Shown here: piece after piece, positions 48,552 to 58,400 of the stretch
Position numbering within the stretch: the first letter of the stretch is position 1
How the letters are laid out: each line of letters begins with the position of its first letter
Source of the DNA: Polyangiaceae bacterium
GTDB taxonomy: Bacteria; Myxococcota_A; Polyangia; Polyangiales; Polyangiaceae
Direction of reading: 5' to 3'
NCBI GenBank assembly: GCA_965222375.1
Contig: CBDCTZ010000014.1
Span: 96,001-160,000 of the forward strand
Length of the DNA stretch: 64,000 bases
The notes under the pieces: model-generated
What the model saw: only the letters and a program-made list of their open reading frames with translations
Databases searched by the model: none
Told to the model about the DNA's origin: nothing
Position numbers and translations under genes: made by a program

Positions 48552-49400
48552 TCATTCAGCTACGGTGGGCGGCAAGCTGTCCCGGTGGGATCGGGCGTCC
48601 CGCAACCTCTTGCCCAGCATCCGCACCGTTTCGGCAATGCCCAAGAACACGTAGACGGACAGCAACCAGATCAGCACTAGTTGCGGCTTGTAGCGTTGCC
48701 AGACGAATGCACTGGAGCCGATCACGAACAAGACGAGCAGCACGGTGCCCGGATTGAGGGACAGATCCTTGAAGGAGCGAAAACGCACATTCGAGACCAT
48801 CAATAGACTCACGGCCACGGTCACGACGAACAGCACCAGGGTATGCGGCTCCTGGCCGATGGCGCCGCCCACGGCTGAGTCCGCGACCACCAGAGAGATC
48901 AGGATGCCGGATGCCGGTGGCGTGGGCAGCCCCAACATGTACTTGCCAGGCTTGACTGGCGCTCCGCCGGGGGCGGACGAAAGCACGTTGAAGCGAGCGA
49001 GCCGGGCGGCTGCGCAGGCGACGAACATGAACGCGACGATCAGGCCGGGCAGGGGATGACGGTAGAGCACCCACTGGTAGACGAGGATTGCCGGCGCGAC
49101 TCCGAAGGAGATCATGTCTGCCAGGGAGTCCAGCTGCAGGCCGAATGCGCTTTCGGTCTTGGTGAGCCGGGCTACACGCCCGTCCAGGAGATCGAAGAGC
49201 ATCGCGAAGATGAGCAGGACCGCGGCTCGATGCAGGTCCTCGCCACCACCTTGGGCGCCCCCAGCCAGACGAATCGCATTGAAGCCGCAGAACACTGCGG
49301 CGAGGGTGATCATGTTCGGCAGCAAGAAGAGGGTCTTCTTGAGGTCGATCTTGCGCCTCAGGCGCCGCCCGACCTTCCTTTTCGCGCGTGAAAAACCCAC
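48552..49400 (-). CDS. pssA: CDP-diacylglycerol--serine O-phosphatidyltransferase
   Basis: LPNMIT, DLLDGRVAR...FGLQLDSLADMISFGVAP, RLARFN; start approximate. Confidence 0.93.
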   Translation of the reverse strand: MGFSRAKRKVGRRLRRKIDLKKTLFLLPNMITLAAVFCGFNAIRLAGGAQGGGEDLHRAAVLLIFAMLFDLLDGRVARLTKTESAFGLQLDSLADMISFGVAPAILVYQWVLYRHPLPGLIVAFMFVACAAARLARFNVLSSAPGGAPVKPGKYMLGLPTPPASGILISLVVADSAVGGAIGQEPHTLVLFVVTVAVSLLMVSNVRFRSFKDLSLNPGTVLLVLFVIGSSAFVWQRYKPQLVLIWLLSVYVFLGIAETVRMLGKRLRDARSHRDSLPPTVAE

Positions 49401-49517
49401 GGAACCCACCGTAACCCCTAGAGAGAGGACCGTCCAGAAGGTGGCGGACGCGATGGCTTCGCCGGCAAAATGGCCGGATTTTTGCCTGCTTTTCCCGGTG
49501 CCTCTACGATGGGGGAG

Positions 49518-49940
49518 ATGCACCATCGCTTTGTCGCCATTTGCGCCCTCGCCACCGCCGCCGCACTCCTTTCTGGCTGCGGATCTGACAAAGACAAGAT
49601 TCAGAAACGTCTAACGGAGATGCGCGAGGAAATCACCCGCCTCCAGAACTCCCAAGACCGGGTCGGAGAGCGGCTGATGGCCCTCGAAATGCAGCAGGCC
49701 GCGCCGAAGAACACCAGCGCGAAAAAGAAGAAAGCGCCGGCGAAGGAGGAGCGGGTGGAGCGCCCCCCGCTCAAAGTCATCAAGCTGACTCCTGACGGTT
49801 CAGCCGCCGAGGCGGGCGAGCCAAAAGAGCCCGCGGACGACGACAAACCCCGCCCGACCATCAAACTTCGCGGCAAGGAAGGCGCGCTGTTCGTGCGTCC
49901 TGAAGGTGCACGACTGGCCCAGCTGCGCCAAGATCAGTGA
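49518..49940 (+). CDS. Hypothetical lipoprotein with coiled coil
   Basis: Lipobox LSGC, heptad-like segment; GTGA overlap with the next gene. Confidence 0.75.
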   Translation: MHHRFVAICALATAAALLSGCGSDKDKIQKRLTEMREEITRLQNSQDRVGERLMALEMQQAAPKNTSAKKKKAPAKEERVERPPLKVIKLTPDGSAAEAGEPKEPADDDKPRPTIKLRGKEGALFVRPEGARLAQLRQDQ

Positions 49941-51298
49941 AAGGATCTGCCATGCGACGCGCGCCCATTCTCACTGCCATCGGGATGCTGACTCTCGTCG
50001 GGTCAGCGCACGCCCAGCAGGGGCCACCCTCGGGCAGCGTGGTCGTGCCGTCCGGGAGCGGCAACGTGGTGGTGACGCCCGGGTCGACCACGGTCACTCA
50101 GACGACCGTCCCGCCTCCGGGCTATGGCGCGCCGGCACCCGGCTCAGACAACTACCTGCCATCGAGTTCCCGGGCCACGACGGACACATCGCGGTCTGCG
50201 GATGGCTTCGATCTCAACGCTCCCAGCAAAGGCGGCGTCGTTCGGGGCGGCAAAGGCTCGACGGCCATTCTGGGCAACCGCGCCATGAGTGTGCCCGCGA
50301 TCCACACCGTCAAGAAGGGCGACACCCTGTGGGACTTGAGCGGTCGCTACTACGGTAATCCCTGGAATTGGCCGAAAATCTGGAGCTACAACCCTCAGGT
50401 CACCAACCCGCATTGGATTCACCCCGGCGACCAGCTGCGCATGCGTCGCTTCGGCGATGGCCTGCGCGACAGCGCCAACCTGCTCGGCACGGGCGCCGGT
50501 GGCTTCGTCGATCGGCGTCCAGCGGTACCACGCAACACGGTGTTCCTTCGGGGTCAGGGAATGATCGATGACCCGGCGCGGGAAGTGTGGGGCGAATTGG
50601 TCGGCTCCCGGGAAGAGCAGATGCTGCTTTCCCAAGGCAACAACGTGTACTTGCAGATCAAGCCAAACCACGACGTCAAGATCGGCCAAGAGCTCACGTT
50701 GTTCCGACCGGTGCGCAAACCCGAACGCGTCAAGGGGGCCCGACGACCCCCAGGCATGATCATCGCAATCAAGGGCACGGTTCGCGTCGACCACTGGAAT
50801 GAAAAATCCCGCGTCGCCCGAGCTCGAATCATCGAGTCCACAGACGTCGTCGAGCGCGGGGCGCTGGTCGGTCCTGTCGGTCGTCGCTTCGACGTCGTGC
50901 CGCCGCGACCCGCCACGGTCAACCGCTGGGCACGCGTGCTCACCAGCATCTACCCCCACGAGATCTACGGGCAGAACCAGGTCGTGTTCATCGACCGTGG
51001 CACGGAAGATGGGCTGTCCGCGGGCAATCGCCTGTTCGTGGTGAAGAAGGGTGATGCCTGGCGTCACACGTTGAAGTCGGCCAGTAAGGCTGCACGCACC
51101 CGAGTGCGCCAAGATACTCCCGAGGCCGCGCGCACCGACTCGACGCCCTTGAAGGGCAACGAGAAGAAGTTCCCAGAAGAGGTCGTTGGTGAGCTACGCG
51201 TACTGCGCGCCAAGAAGTACAGCTCCATCGCGATGGTGACCGCATCTCACCGTGAGATCGAGCCTGGCGACCGAGCCGTTTCCCGACGCGGATACTGA
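49937..51298 (+). CDS. LysM peptidoglycan-binding domain protein
   Basis: Signal peptide; HTVKKGDTLWDLS...NPQVTNPHWIHPGDQL; beta-rich C-terminus VFIDRGTEDGLSAG. Confidence 0.92.
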   Translation: MKGSAMRRAPILTAIGMLTLVGSAHAQQGPPSGSVVVPSGSGNVVVTPGSTTVTQTTVPPPGYGAPAPGSDNYLPSSSRATTDTSRSADGFDLNAPSKGGVVRGGKGSTAILGNRAMSVPAIHTVKKGDTLWDLSGRYYGNPWNWPKIWSYNPQVTNPHWIHPGDQLRMRRFGDGLRDSANLLGTGAGGFVDRRPAVPRNTVFLRGQGMIDDPAREVWGELVGSREEQMLLSQGNNVYLQIKPNHDVKIGQELTLFRPVRKPERVKGARRPPGMIIAIKGTVRVDHWNEKSRVARARIIESTDVVERGALVGPVGRRFDVVPPRPATVNRWARVLTSIYPHEIYGQNQVVFIDRGTEDGLSAGNRLFVVKKGDAWRHTLKSASKAARTRVRQDTPEAARTDSTPLKGNEKKFPEEVVGELRVLRAKKYSSIAMVTASHREIEPGDRAVSRRGY

Positions 51299-51398
51299 CG
51301 GCAGGGGCAGGCGCGCAGCTCTTGCAGAACTCGCTGCCCAACCCGTGCGTAAGGGTTTTCGGGTTTGGGGCGGACGGGGTACACTTGGCCCGAACGTC

Positions 51399-51803
51399 AT
51401 GGGGCCAAACCGCATCTTCTTTCCCCAAGACGCCCTGGACCAATGGATGGGCACTGGGCGCGTCGATTTCCTGGACGGCCAAGTGGTCATCCAAGGGGAG
51501 GGGCGTCGCTACCGCGTCGTGGAAGCAGTGCGAGTGCTGGCTGAGGTCACCGGTGGCCTGGACGAGTACGAACTCGTCGGCCGCGTGAAAAGCGTGGCCT
51601 ATCTAACGGAGTTGGGTGCGGAACTGCTGGGCACCTCCATGATCATGGGGGACCTGGCCTACGAAGTGATTCCTGGCTTCATGGGCACGCCGGTGGGAAG
51701 CTTTTCCGAGCACCGAGCGCGGAGCGCACCACCGCCTGCGAGTGCCTCGCCCACCAGCGACGAGCAGTTGCTCGCCCACTATTTGATGCAGAATTTGGAA
51801 TAG
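51399..51803 (+). CDS. Conserved hypothetical protein
   Basis: ATG at 51399, MGPNRIFFPQDALDQW...AYEVIPGFMG; 6 bp upstream of ccsA. Confidence 0.75.
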   Translation: MGPNRIFFPQDALDQWMGTGRVDFLDGQVVIQGEGRRYRVVEAVRVLAEVTGGLDEYELVGRVKSVAYLTELGAELLGTSMIMGDLAYEVIPGFMGTPVGSFSEHRARSAPPPASASPTSDEQLLAHYLMQNLE

Positions 51804-51809
51804 CCGCCC

Positions 51810-52631
51810 ATGACAGAACTAGCCACTGCGGCGTTCATGCTGGGCGTGGTGATGTACTCCGTCGCCACCACGCTGTTCTTCTTGGACTTGGCTCGCAAGG
51901 ACAACGCACCTCTAGCCAAGACCTGGGGGCCCGCCACTTTGGGTCTTGGTGCGCTGCTGCACGGGACTCATGTCGTGACGGCCAGCCTGCTGTCACGGAT
52001 CTGTCCGGTAGAGTCGCTGCATTTCGCACTGAGCTTGAGTGCACTGATCGCGGTCGTGGCGTTCTTGTTCATGCCCAACCGCGGCAAAATGCACGCCATT
52101 GGAGCGGTCGTTTCTCCGCTCGCATTGTCGTTCTTGGTCGGCGCCCAGTTCGTGGAGGCCCAGCCCGCAGTTGCGGGTGTGTCCCGCTGGTTGCTGGCGC
52201 TCCACATCACTTCGAACCTGCTCGGTGTCGGCTTGTTCCTGCTTGCCGGTGCGGCCGGCGTATTTTACTTGGTTCAAGAACGCCGCCTCAAAGAGAAGCG
52301 AATGACAGGGCTGGTGGCGAGGCTCCCACCCTTGGATTCCCTCGATCGCGCCGAGCACCGGCTGTTGCTCGCCGGCTTTCCGCTGCTGACCTTCGGAATC
52401 GTCACGGGTGCGGTTTTTGCGGCGCAGTTGGGAAGTGCGACGAGTGCGGAGGCGATTCGAGCAGCGCTGGGCTACGCCACCTGGATTCTGGTGGCGCTCG
52501 TGCTCGTCATGCGCGCCTTGGCCGGCTGGCGCGGTCGTCGCTCCGCCTACGGCACCCTGGCGGGGGTCCTTTGTGTCGTGCTTGTCATGCTGATCTACGT
52601 GGCGCGCTCCGGCAGCGGAGGTGCCGGGTGA
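51810..52631 (+). CDS. ccsA: Cytochrome c biogenesis CcsA/HemX-like membrane protein
   Basis: About 8 TM helices, LHI, LPPLDSLD, GFPLLTFGIVTG, GWRGRR; directly upstream of hemA. Confidence 0.85.
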   Translation: MTELATAAFMLGVVMYSVATTLFFLDLARKDNAPLAKTWGPATLGLGALLHGTHVVTASLLSRICPVESLHFALSLSALIAVVAFLFMPNRGKMHAIGAVVSPLALSFLVGAQFVEAQPAVAGVSRWLLALHITSNLLGVGLFLLAGAAGVFYLVQERRLKEKRMTGLVARLPPLDSLDRAEHRLLLAGFPLLTFGIVTGAVFAAQLGSATSAEAIRAALGYATWILVALVLVMRALAGWRGRRSAYGTLAGVLCVVLVMLIYVARSGSGGAG

Positions 52632-54007
52632 TCGTCGTCGTTGGACTGAGCCACCGTACGGCGCCCATCGAGGTGCGAGAGCAAATCGCGCTCTCGAAGG
52701 ATCAAGTCGAAAACGCCCTCAAAGAGATCCTGGTGCAGCCTCATGTGGGCGAAGCCATGCTCGTCAGCACCTGCAATCGCGTGGAACTCGTCGCGGCGGC
52801 AAGCGCCGAGGGTGCATCCTTGGATGCTACCGCGAACGATGCCGTCGAAGCGCTCGGCAAGATAGCGCCAGGCGTCAAGAAACACCTCTACGTGCATGCA
52901 GGCGCGGACGCCGTGAGCCATCTGTTCCGCGTCGCGTCGTCCCTGGATTCCCTCGTCTTGGGGGAGCCGCAGATCCTGGGTCAGGTTAAAGACGCCTTCG
53001 AAGTGGCGCGTCGCGCCGGAACCGTGGGGCGCTGCCTGCACCGCACGGTGCCCCGGGCGCTGCGCACCGCGAAGCGCGTGCGCACGGAGACCAGCGTGGG
53101 CGCGGGCCAAGTGAGTGTGCCCAGCGTTGGGGTGGACCTGGCGCGGCAGATCTTCGGGGAACTGAAGGGGCATACGGTGGTTCTGATCGGCTCCGGCGAA
53201 ATGGCGGAGACCGCCGCCAAGTTGCTGAAAAATGCCGGCTGCAGATTGATTGTCGTGGGTCGAAACGCAGCGCGAGTGTCGGTGCTGTCCCGAGCCGTGG
53301 GCGGCGAAGGCATGAGCTGGGAGCGGATGGACGACGCGCTGGTCATGGCTGACGTCGTGGTGACCGGCACCAGTGCGCCGGGCTACGTGGTGCCCCAGAG
53401 ACTCGTCGCCGGTCTGCGCCGGAAGCGCAAAGGTCGCAGCCTGTTTTTCATCGATCTCGCCGTGCCCCGAGACGTCGACCCTGGCGTCGAAGATCTGGAC
53501 GGGGTCTTCCTCTACAACGTGGACGACCTCTCCAAGGTCGTGGCCGAGACTCTGGCGTCCCGCGCCAAGGAAGCGGACCGAGCGGAACAGATCGTGCGGG
53601 ACGAAACCGCGGGTTGGGAGCGCTGGGCGGATGCGGAGTTGGTCACTCCGGCCATCGTCACTTTGCGAGCGCAATTCGCCGCCATCCTCGGCAAGGAGCT
53701 CGACAAGAGTTTGCGCAGCAGATTGAAGCATCTCGAGGGCGATGACCGCGCGGCGCTCAAGGACATGCTGGATGCAGCGATCAACAAGCTACTGCACACG
53801 CCCACTCAGCGCCTGCGGCGGCGAGCTTCGGGCGAGCGAATCGAGCCGGAACGCGCGGACCAACTAGCCGTACTGTTGGAAGAGCTATTCTCGAGCGGTG
53901 AAGACGACGATGCCGAGCCCCTGAGCCGGTCGGTTCCTTCCAAGACAGAGCAAGACGAAGAAAAACCGCTCGCCCCTCGGCCGCGCGCAACGGGCAGCGA
54001 TCGGTGA
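52628..54007 (+). CDS. hemA: Glutamyl-tRNA reductase
   Basis: GLSHRTAP, STCNRVE, SSLDSLVLGEPQILGQVK, DLAVPRDV. Confidence 0.97.
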   Translation: MIVVVGLSHRTAPIEVREQIALSKDQVENALKEILVQPHVGEAMLVSTCNRVELVAAASAEGASLDATANDAVEALGKIAPGVKKHLYVHAGADAVSHLFRVASSLDSLVLGEPQILGQVKDAFEVARRAGTVGRCLHRTVPRALRTAKRVRTETSVGAGQVSVPSVGVDLARQIFGELKGHTVVLIGSGEMAETAAKLLKNAGCRLIVVGRNAARVSVLSRAVGGEGMSWERMDDALVMADVVVTGTSAPGYVVPQRLVAGLRRKRKGRSLFFIDLAVPRDVDPGVEDLDGVFLYNVDDLSKVVAETLASRAKEADRAEQIVRDETAGWERWADAELVTPAIVTLRAQFAAILGKELDKSLRSRLKHLEGDDRAALKDMLDAAINKLLHTPTQRLRRRASGERIEPERADQLAVLLEELFSSGEDDDAEPLSRSVPSKTEQDEEKPLAPRPRATGSDR

Positions 54008-54047
54008 TTGACGCGATCGGGCCGTTCTGTGAGCGTGCCACGTCGAG

Positions 54048-54947
54048 ATGACCAAACTCACGGTTGCCACACGCAAGAGTAAGCTGGCACTCGCCCAAAC
54101 CCGGGCGTTCATGCAGAAAATGCGGGAGGCGCACCCGGGCCTCGAATTGGAAGAATTGCACGTCGTCACCACCGGCGACCGGGTGCAGGACCGCGCTCTC
54201 AGCGAGATCGGCGGCAAGGGCTTGTTCATCAAGGAGATCGAAGAAGCGCTTCTCGACGGCAGAGCCGACTTCGCCGTTCATTCCATCAAAGACGTGCCCG
54301 CGGATCTCGCGCCCGGCCTGGCGCTCGGCTGCATCCCGCTGCGCGAAGACGCGCGGGATGTGTTGATCACTCGCGACGGACAGCCTTTGGAGGCTCTGGT
54401 AAAAGGAGCGCGTCTAGGCACTTCCTCTCTTCGACGTCGAGTCCAACTCGCGCTGCTTCGCCCAGATCTGGAAGTGCTGCCCATGCGCGGAAACGTGGAT
54501 ACACGTTTGCGCAAACTGTCCGAAGGCGTGGCGGACGCGATCATTCTGGCGCAGGCGGGTTTGGTGCGCTTGGATCTGGCCGAGCGAGGCACTCAGCTCC
54601 TGGAGCCGGAGCAGTGTCTGCCCGCGGTGGGCCAGGGAGCTCTTGGAATCGAGATCCGAGAGGAAGATGACGTCACACGACAGCTTTTGAAGAAGTTGGA
54701 GGACGAATTGACGGCGCTGCGGGTGTACGCCGAGCGCGGAGTGATGCGCGCTGTCGAAGGCAGTTGTCAGCTGCCCGTGGCGGCCTATGCGGAAAAAGCG
54801 GACGGCCGCATGCGTTTGCGAGGCCTGCTGGCCGAGCCCGATGGGACTCGCCTGCGCACGAGCAGCACCGAAGCGGCGTGGCCGAGCAGCACGTCGCAAG
54901 CGGTCGAACTGGGCGAAGCCCTTGGGGCCGAACTCAAGTCCGCATGA
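54048..54947 (+). CDS. hemC: Hydroxymethylbilane synthase
   Basis: TRKSKLALAQ, GGKGLFIKE, AVHSIKD, GTSSLRR, RGNVDTR, GSCQLP. Confidence 0.97.
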   Translation: MTKLTVATRKSKLALAQTRAFMQKMREAHPGLELEELHVVTTGDRVQDRALSEIGGKGLFIKEIEEALLDGRADFAVHSIKDVPADLAPGLALGCIPLREDARDVLITRDGQPLEALVKGARLGTSSLRRRVQLALLRPDLEVLPMRGNVDTRLRKLSEGVADAIILAQAGLVRLDLAERGTQLLEPEQCLPAVGQGALGIEIREEDDVTRQLLKKLEDELTALRVYAERGVMRAVEGSCQLPVAAYAEKADGRMRLRGLLAEPDGTRLRTSSTEAAWPSSTSQAVELGEALGAELKSA

Positions 54948-55984
54948 TCCTTCGCAGCCTGCGGCGCCGCCTCGCGGAAACCTTGGAAAACGGCCAGCTC
55001 GGCGGGCGGCTCCCGTCCGCGGGGGCTTGGGCGTGGCAGCGTTTGGCGTCGCCGAGCCGCCCTGTGATTCTGCCCCCAGGCATCAAGGTCATCGGCGTGG
55101 GTGGCGCCGTGCTCGGGGGCTCGGGCAAGACGCCTCTGACCCAAGCCTTGGCGAGCGGGCTCAGGCGTCGAGGGCTGCGCGTTGGCGTGGTTGCGTCGAC
55201 CTATCCCCAGCGCGTCAAAGCAGCGCAGCTCGTGGGGGTCAACGCGCTTGCTAGTCGCGTTGGAGACGAGGCGCTGATGTTGTCGCGGGTCCTCTCCGCT
55301 CAGGAGGTCCCAGTGTTCGTGGGCCCCAATCGAAGTACCGCGCTTGCATACGCCGCTAGCTTTGCGGATGTCGTCGTGGTCGATGGATTGCTCCAGACGA
55401 AATCGAAACGTTTGGAGTTGTCGCTGCTTGCGCTGGATGGCGCGGAGCCCTGGGGCGCTGGCCGCTGTCCGCCAGCGGGGGATCTGCGAGCGGCGCCCGC
55501 ACAACTCCTTCAGGCGTGCGACGCCACGGTTTGTGTGACGCATTCGGAAGCTGCGCCCCTTCAGGTTAGCGGGCGACCCAGGTTCCGACTGCGCTGTCGC
55601 CTCTTCGGAGCGCGCACGCCGGATGGGCAACTCATCGGCGCCGATGCCTTGGCGCGGATGAAGCTCGGAGCTTGCTTCGGCGTGGCGCGGCCATCGCGCA
55701 TCCTGCAAATGCTCCGGGAGCACAACATCGACGTCGACCCCATCTGGCTTGCGGCAGATCATGTGGCCCCGGTACCCCGTCGGCCCAGCCCCAGGGTGGA
55801 GCTGTGGCTGGTCACGGCCAAATGCGCGGTGAAGCTGCCCACGACCCTGGCGGGGCGGCCCATGGCGGTCTTGGAACTCGAGTGGCAGCTCGACGACTCC
55901 CTGATTTCATTGGCTTTTTCTCGCTGCTCGCCAACGCCCGGTCGGGCTTTTTCCCCCGTGAGTGAAGCTCGGACCCCGTGCTAG
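54944..55984 (+). CDS. lpxK: Tetraacyldisaccharide 4'-kinase (divergent)
   Basis: GGSGKTP, GDEA, VVDGLLQ, PAGDLR, DH, TAKCAVKL; several canonical residues substituted. Confidence 0.8.
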   Translation: MILRSLRRRLAETLENGQLGGRLPSAGAWAWQRLASPSRPVILPPGIKVIGVGGAVLGGSGKTPLTQALASGLRRRGLRVGVVASTYPQRVKAAQLVGVNALASRVGDEALMLSRVLSAQEVPVFVGPNRSTALAYAASFADVVVVDGLLQTKSKRLELSLLALDGAEPWGAGRCPPAGDLRAAPAQLLQACDATVCVTHSEAAPLQVSGRPRFRLRCRLFGARTPDGQLIGADALARMKLGACFGVARPSRILQMLREHNIDVDPIWLAADHVAPVPRRPSPRVELWLVTAKCAVKLPTTLAGRPMAVLELEWQLDDSLISLAFSRCSPTPGRAFSPVSEARTPC

Positions 55985-55994
55985 AGTCCCGCGC

Positions 55995-56648
55995 ATGTTC
56001 GGCCTCAGCACCCCCAGGAACGGGTTCTTTTTCGTCACGTTGACTGCCGCAGCCCTGAGCCTAGGCATGGCTCATTGCGGCCCCAAAGAAGGCCCCAAAG
56101 TCGCGGCTGTGAAAGCGGGTGACATGCCCGTGGGTGGCGATTGGACCGGCGTCTACTTCAGCAAGACGTATGGCTACCTTCATCTAGTGAAGGAAGGCGA
56201 CACCATCAGCGGCAAGTGGCGCGTGACCGCGGGTGACAAGTGGGGAGAGATGAGCGGCAAGGTGACCGGCAATCTCTTCAAGTACGAGTGGAAGGAGCAT
56301 ACCATCGGTATGGTCGGCGCTGCCGCCGGTTCGAGCGGGCGTGGCTACTTCGTGTACAAGGTCCCGAAAGAGGGCGAAGCGCACGTGATCGACGGAGAGT
56401 GGGGTCTCAAAACCGACGAGACCGGCCAAAAGTGGGAAGCCGTCAAGCAACAGAACATGGCGTCGGATCCCGATAGCGTGATGCCCGACGAACTCGAAGG
56501 CCGAAGTAGCGGTGGCGGCTGGGACGAAGGCGAAGGCGCACCGAAGGGTGGCGGTGGCGGAGCAACCGAAGGCGGCGGCGACACTGAAGGTGGCGACGAA
56601 GGCGGCAGCGACGACGAAGGTGGCGGCCTCGACGCGCCGTTGGAGTGA
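55995..56648 (+). CDS. Hypothetical lipoprotein
   Basis: Signal peptide ending AHC; WTGVY...GEWG beta-rich domain; acidic Gly tail. Confidence 0.75.
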   Translation: MFGLSTPRNGFFFVTLTAAALSLGMAHCGPKEGPKVAAVKAGDMPVGGDWTGVYFSKTYGYLHLVKEGDTISGKWRVTAGDKWGEMSGKVTGNLFKYEWKEHTIGMVGAAAGSSGRGYFVYKVPKEGEAHVIDGEWGLKTDETGQKWEAVKQQNMASDPDSVMPDELEGRSSGGGWDEGEGAPKGGGGGATEGGGDTEGGDEGGSDDEGGGLDAPLE

Positions 56649-56651
56649 GTA

Positions 56652-58154
56652 GTGCCGGATCAGGCGTCTCGTGGACTGAGTTTTGAAGAGCCCCCGATTT
56701 TCGAACGTGGTGCTCCCGGTCGCACAGGGGTTTCCCTGCCCGCCTTGGATGTACCCGCAGTAGATCTAGCGAGCGAGCTTGGCACTCTGAACCGCGCTGA
56801 GCCCCCGGGTTTGCCCGAAGTGAGCGAGCCCGAAGCGTTTCGGCATTTCGTCCGCCTCTCGCAGTGGAACTTCAGCATCGATACCCAGTTCTATCCGCTG
56901 GGTTCGTGCACCATGAAGTTCAACCCCAAGGTCAACGAGTGGGCGGCTCGCCTGCCTGGGTTCGCGGGCCTGCATCCCCTGACCCCCCCGGAGCTCTGCC
57001 AAGGTGCTCTGGAGCTCATGGTGCGCTTGGAGCGCATTCTGGCGGAGATTGTTGGCATGGACGGCGTGAGCTTGCAGCCCGCCGCCGGTGCGCAGGGCGA
57101 GCTGACCGGGTTGATGATGATCCGCGCGCACCACCTCGCGAACGGTCGCAGCCCGAAGAAGGTCTTCATCCCCGACAGCGCCCACGGCACCAACCCGGCG
57201 AGCTGCACGCTCAATGGTTTCGATGCGGTGCCGTTTCCCGCAGGCCCCCAAGGCATCGTGGAAGTCGAGACCCTTGCCGCCGCCCTCGACAAAGCCAAGG
57301 GGGACGTTGCGGCGCTGATGATCACCAACCCCAACACGCTGGGGCTGTACGAGAGCGCGATGCCGCAGTTGACCCGGCTGGTGCACGACTGCGGCGGGTT
57401 GGTTTACGGCGACGGCGCGAATCTCAATGCCGTTCTTGGGCGTGCGCGGCCTGGCGATGCTGGGGTCGACGTCATGCAATTCAACTTGCACAAGACCTTC
57501 ACCACGCCCCATGGCGGAGGCGGTCCGGGCTCGGGGCCTGTCGCCTTCAAGAAGATCCTGGAGTCCTATCAGCCCGGTCCGGTGGTGCGCTCGGAGGGAG
57601 ACGCCTTCGTGGTCGATGCCGATCGTCCCCACAGCGTCGGACGGGTACGTTCTTTTTTCGGCAATTTCGGGATGATGGTGCGGGCCTACGCCTACATTCG
57701 GGAGCTGGGCCCCGAGGGCCTCAAAGCAGTCAGCGACATGGCTGTGCTCAACGCGAACTATCTGGTGGCGCGGCTGCGCGAGCATTTCCCCATCGCCTTC
57801 GATAGTCCTCCCCTGCACGAGGCCGTGTTCACGGACAAGGGGTTGGAGGCCAGCACTGGCGTCAAGACGCTGGACCTGGCCAAGCGACTGCTCGATTATG
57901 GGTATCACTCACCGACGGTTTACTTCCCGTTGGTGGTGCGGGGGGCGCTGATGATCGAACCAACGGAAACGGAGACCAAACAGACCATCGACGATTTCGT
58001 CGGGGCCATGGCTGCGATCAAGCGGGAAGCTGAGGAAAACCCAGAGCTGGTCAAAGGCGCACCCCACCTCACGCGGTTGGGGCGCCTGGACGAAGCGCGA
58101 GCGGCGCGCAAGCCGCGCTTGCGTTGGACTCCCGAGCAGCCGGAAGAGGGCTGA
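56652..58154 (+). CDS. gcvPB: Glycine dehydrogenase (decarboxylating) subunit 2
   Basis: YPLGSCTMK, AHGTNPAS, NLHKTFTTPHGGGGPG, MIEPTETE. Confidence 0.96.
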   Translation: MPDQASRGLSFEEPPIFERGAPGRTGVSLPALDVPAVDLASELGTLNRAEPPGLPEVSEPEAFRHFVRLSQWNFSIDTQFYPLGSCTMKFNPKVNEWAARLPGFAGLHPLTPPELCQGALELMVRLERILAEIVGMDGVSLQPAAGAQGELTGLMMIRAHHLANGRSPKKVFIPDSAHGTNPASCTLNGFDAVPFPAGPQGIVEVETLAAALDKAKGDVAALMITNPNTLGLYESAMPQLTRLVHDCGGLVYGDGANLNAVLGRARPGDAGVDVMQFNLHKTFTTPHGGGGPGSGPVAFKKILESYQPGPVVRSEGDAFVVDADRPHSVGRVRSFFGNFGMMVRAYAYIRELGPEGLKAVSDMAVLNANYLVARLREHFPIAFDSPPLHEAVFTDKGLEASTGVKTLDLAKRLLDYGYHSPTVYFPLVVRGALMIEPTETETKQTIDDFVGAMAAIKREAEENPELVKGAPHLTRLGRLDEARAARKPRLRWTPEQPEEG

Positions 58155-58158
58155 CATC

Positions 58159-58356
58159 ATGTCGTGGGCGGACCAACCCGAAGATCAGAAGCAACTCGTG
58201 ATTCAGGCACTGGAGCGCGAAGCGGATCGCCTGGAGCGTGAAGCCGTGCACATGCAGCAGGTTGCGCAGCGCCTGGGGCGCCCATCTCTAGTCGATCGGC
58301 AAGAGCTGGGCGCCAACGCGTTTCGCGACGCCGTCGAGCGACTGCGCGGAAAATGA
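58159..58356 (+). CDS. Small hypothetical protein
   Basis: 65-aa helical ORF 4 bp after gcvPB with GAGG upstream. Confidence 0.65.
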   Translation: MSWADQPEDQKQLVIQALEREADRLEREAVHMQQVAQRLGRPSLVDRQELGANAFRDAVERLRGK

Positions 58357-58359
58357 AGT

Positions 58360-58383
58360 CCCTGCCGTGATGTCACGGCAGGG
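58360..58383. terminator. Hairpin between convergent genes (possible bidirectional terminator)
   Basis: CCCTGCCGTGA-TG-TCACGGCAGGG perfect inverted repeat; no clear U tract. Confidence 0.55.
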
Positions 58384-58400
58384 GCACTCAGACTAGCGGC

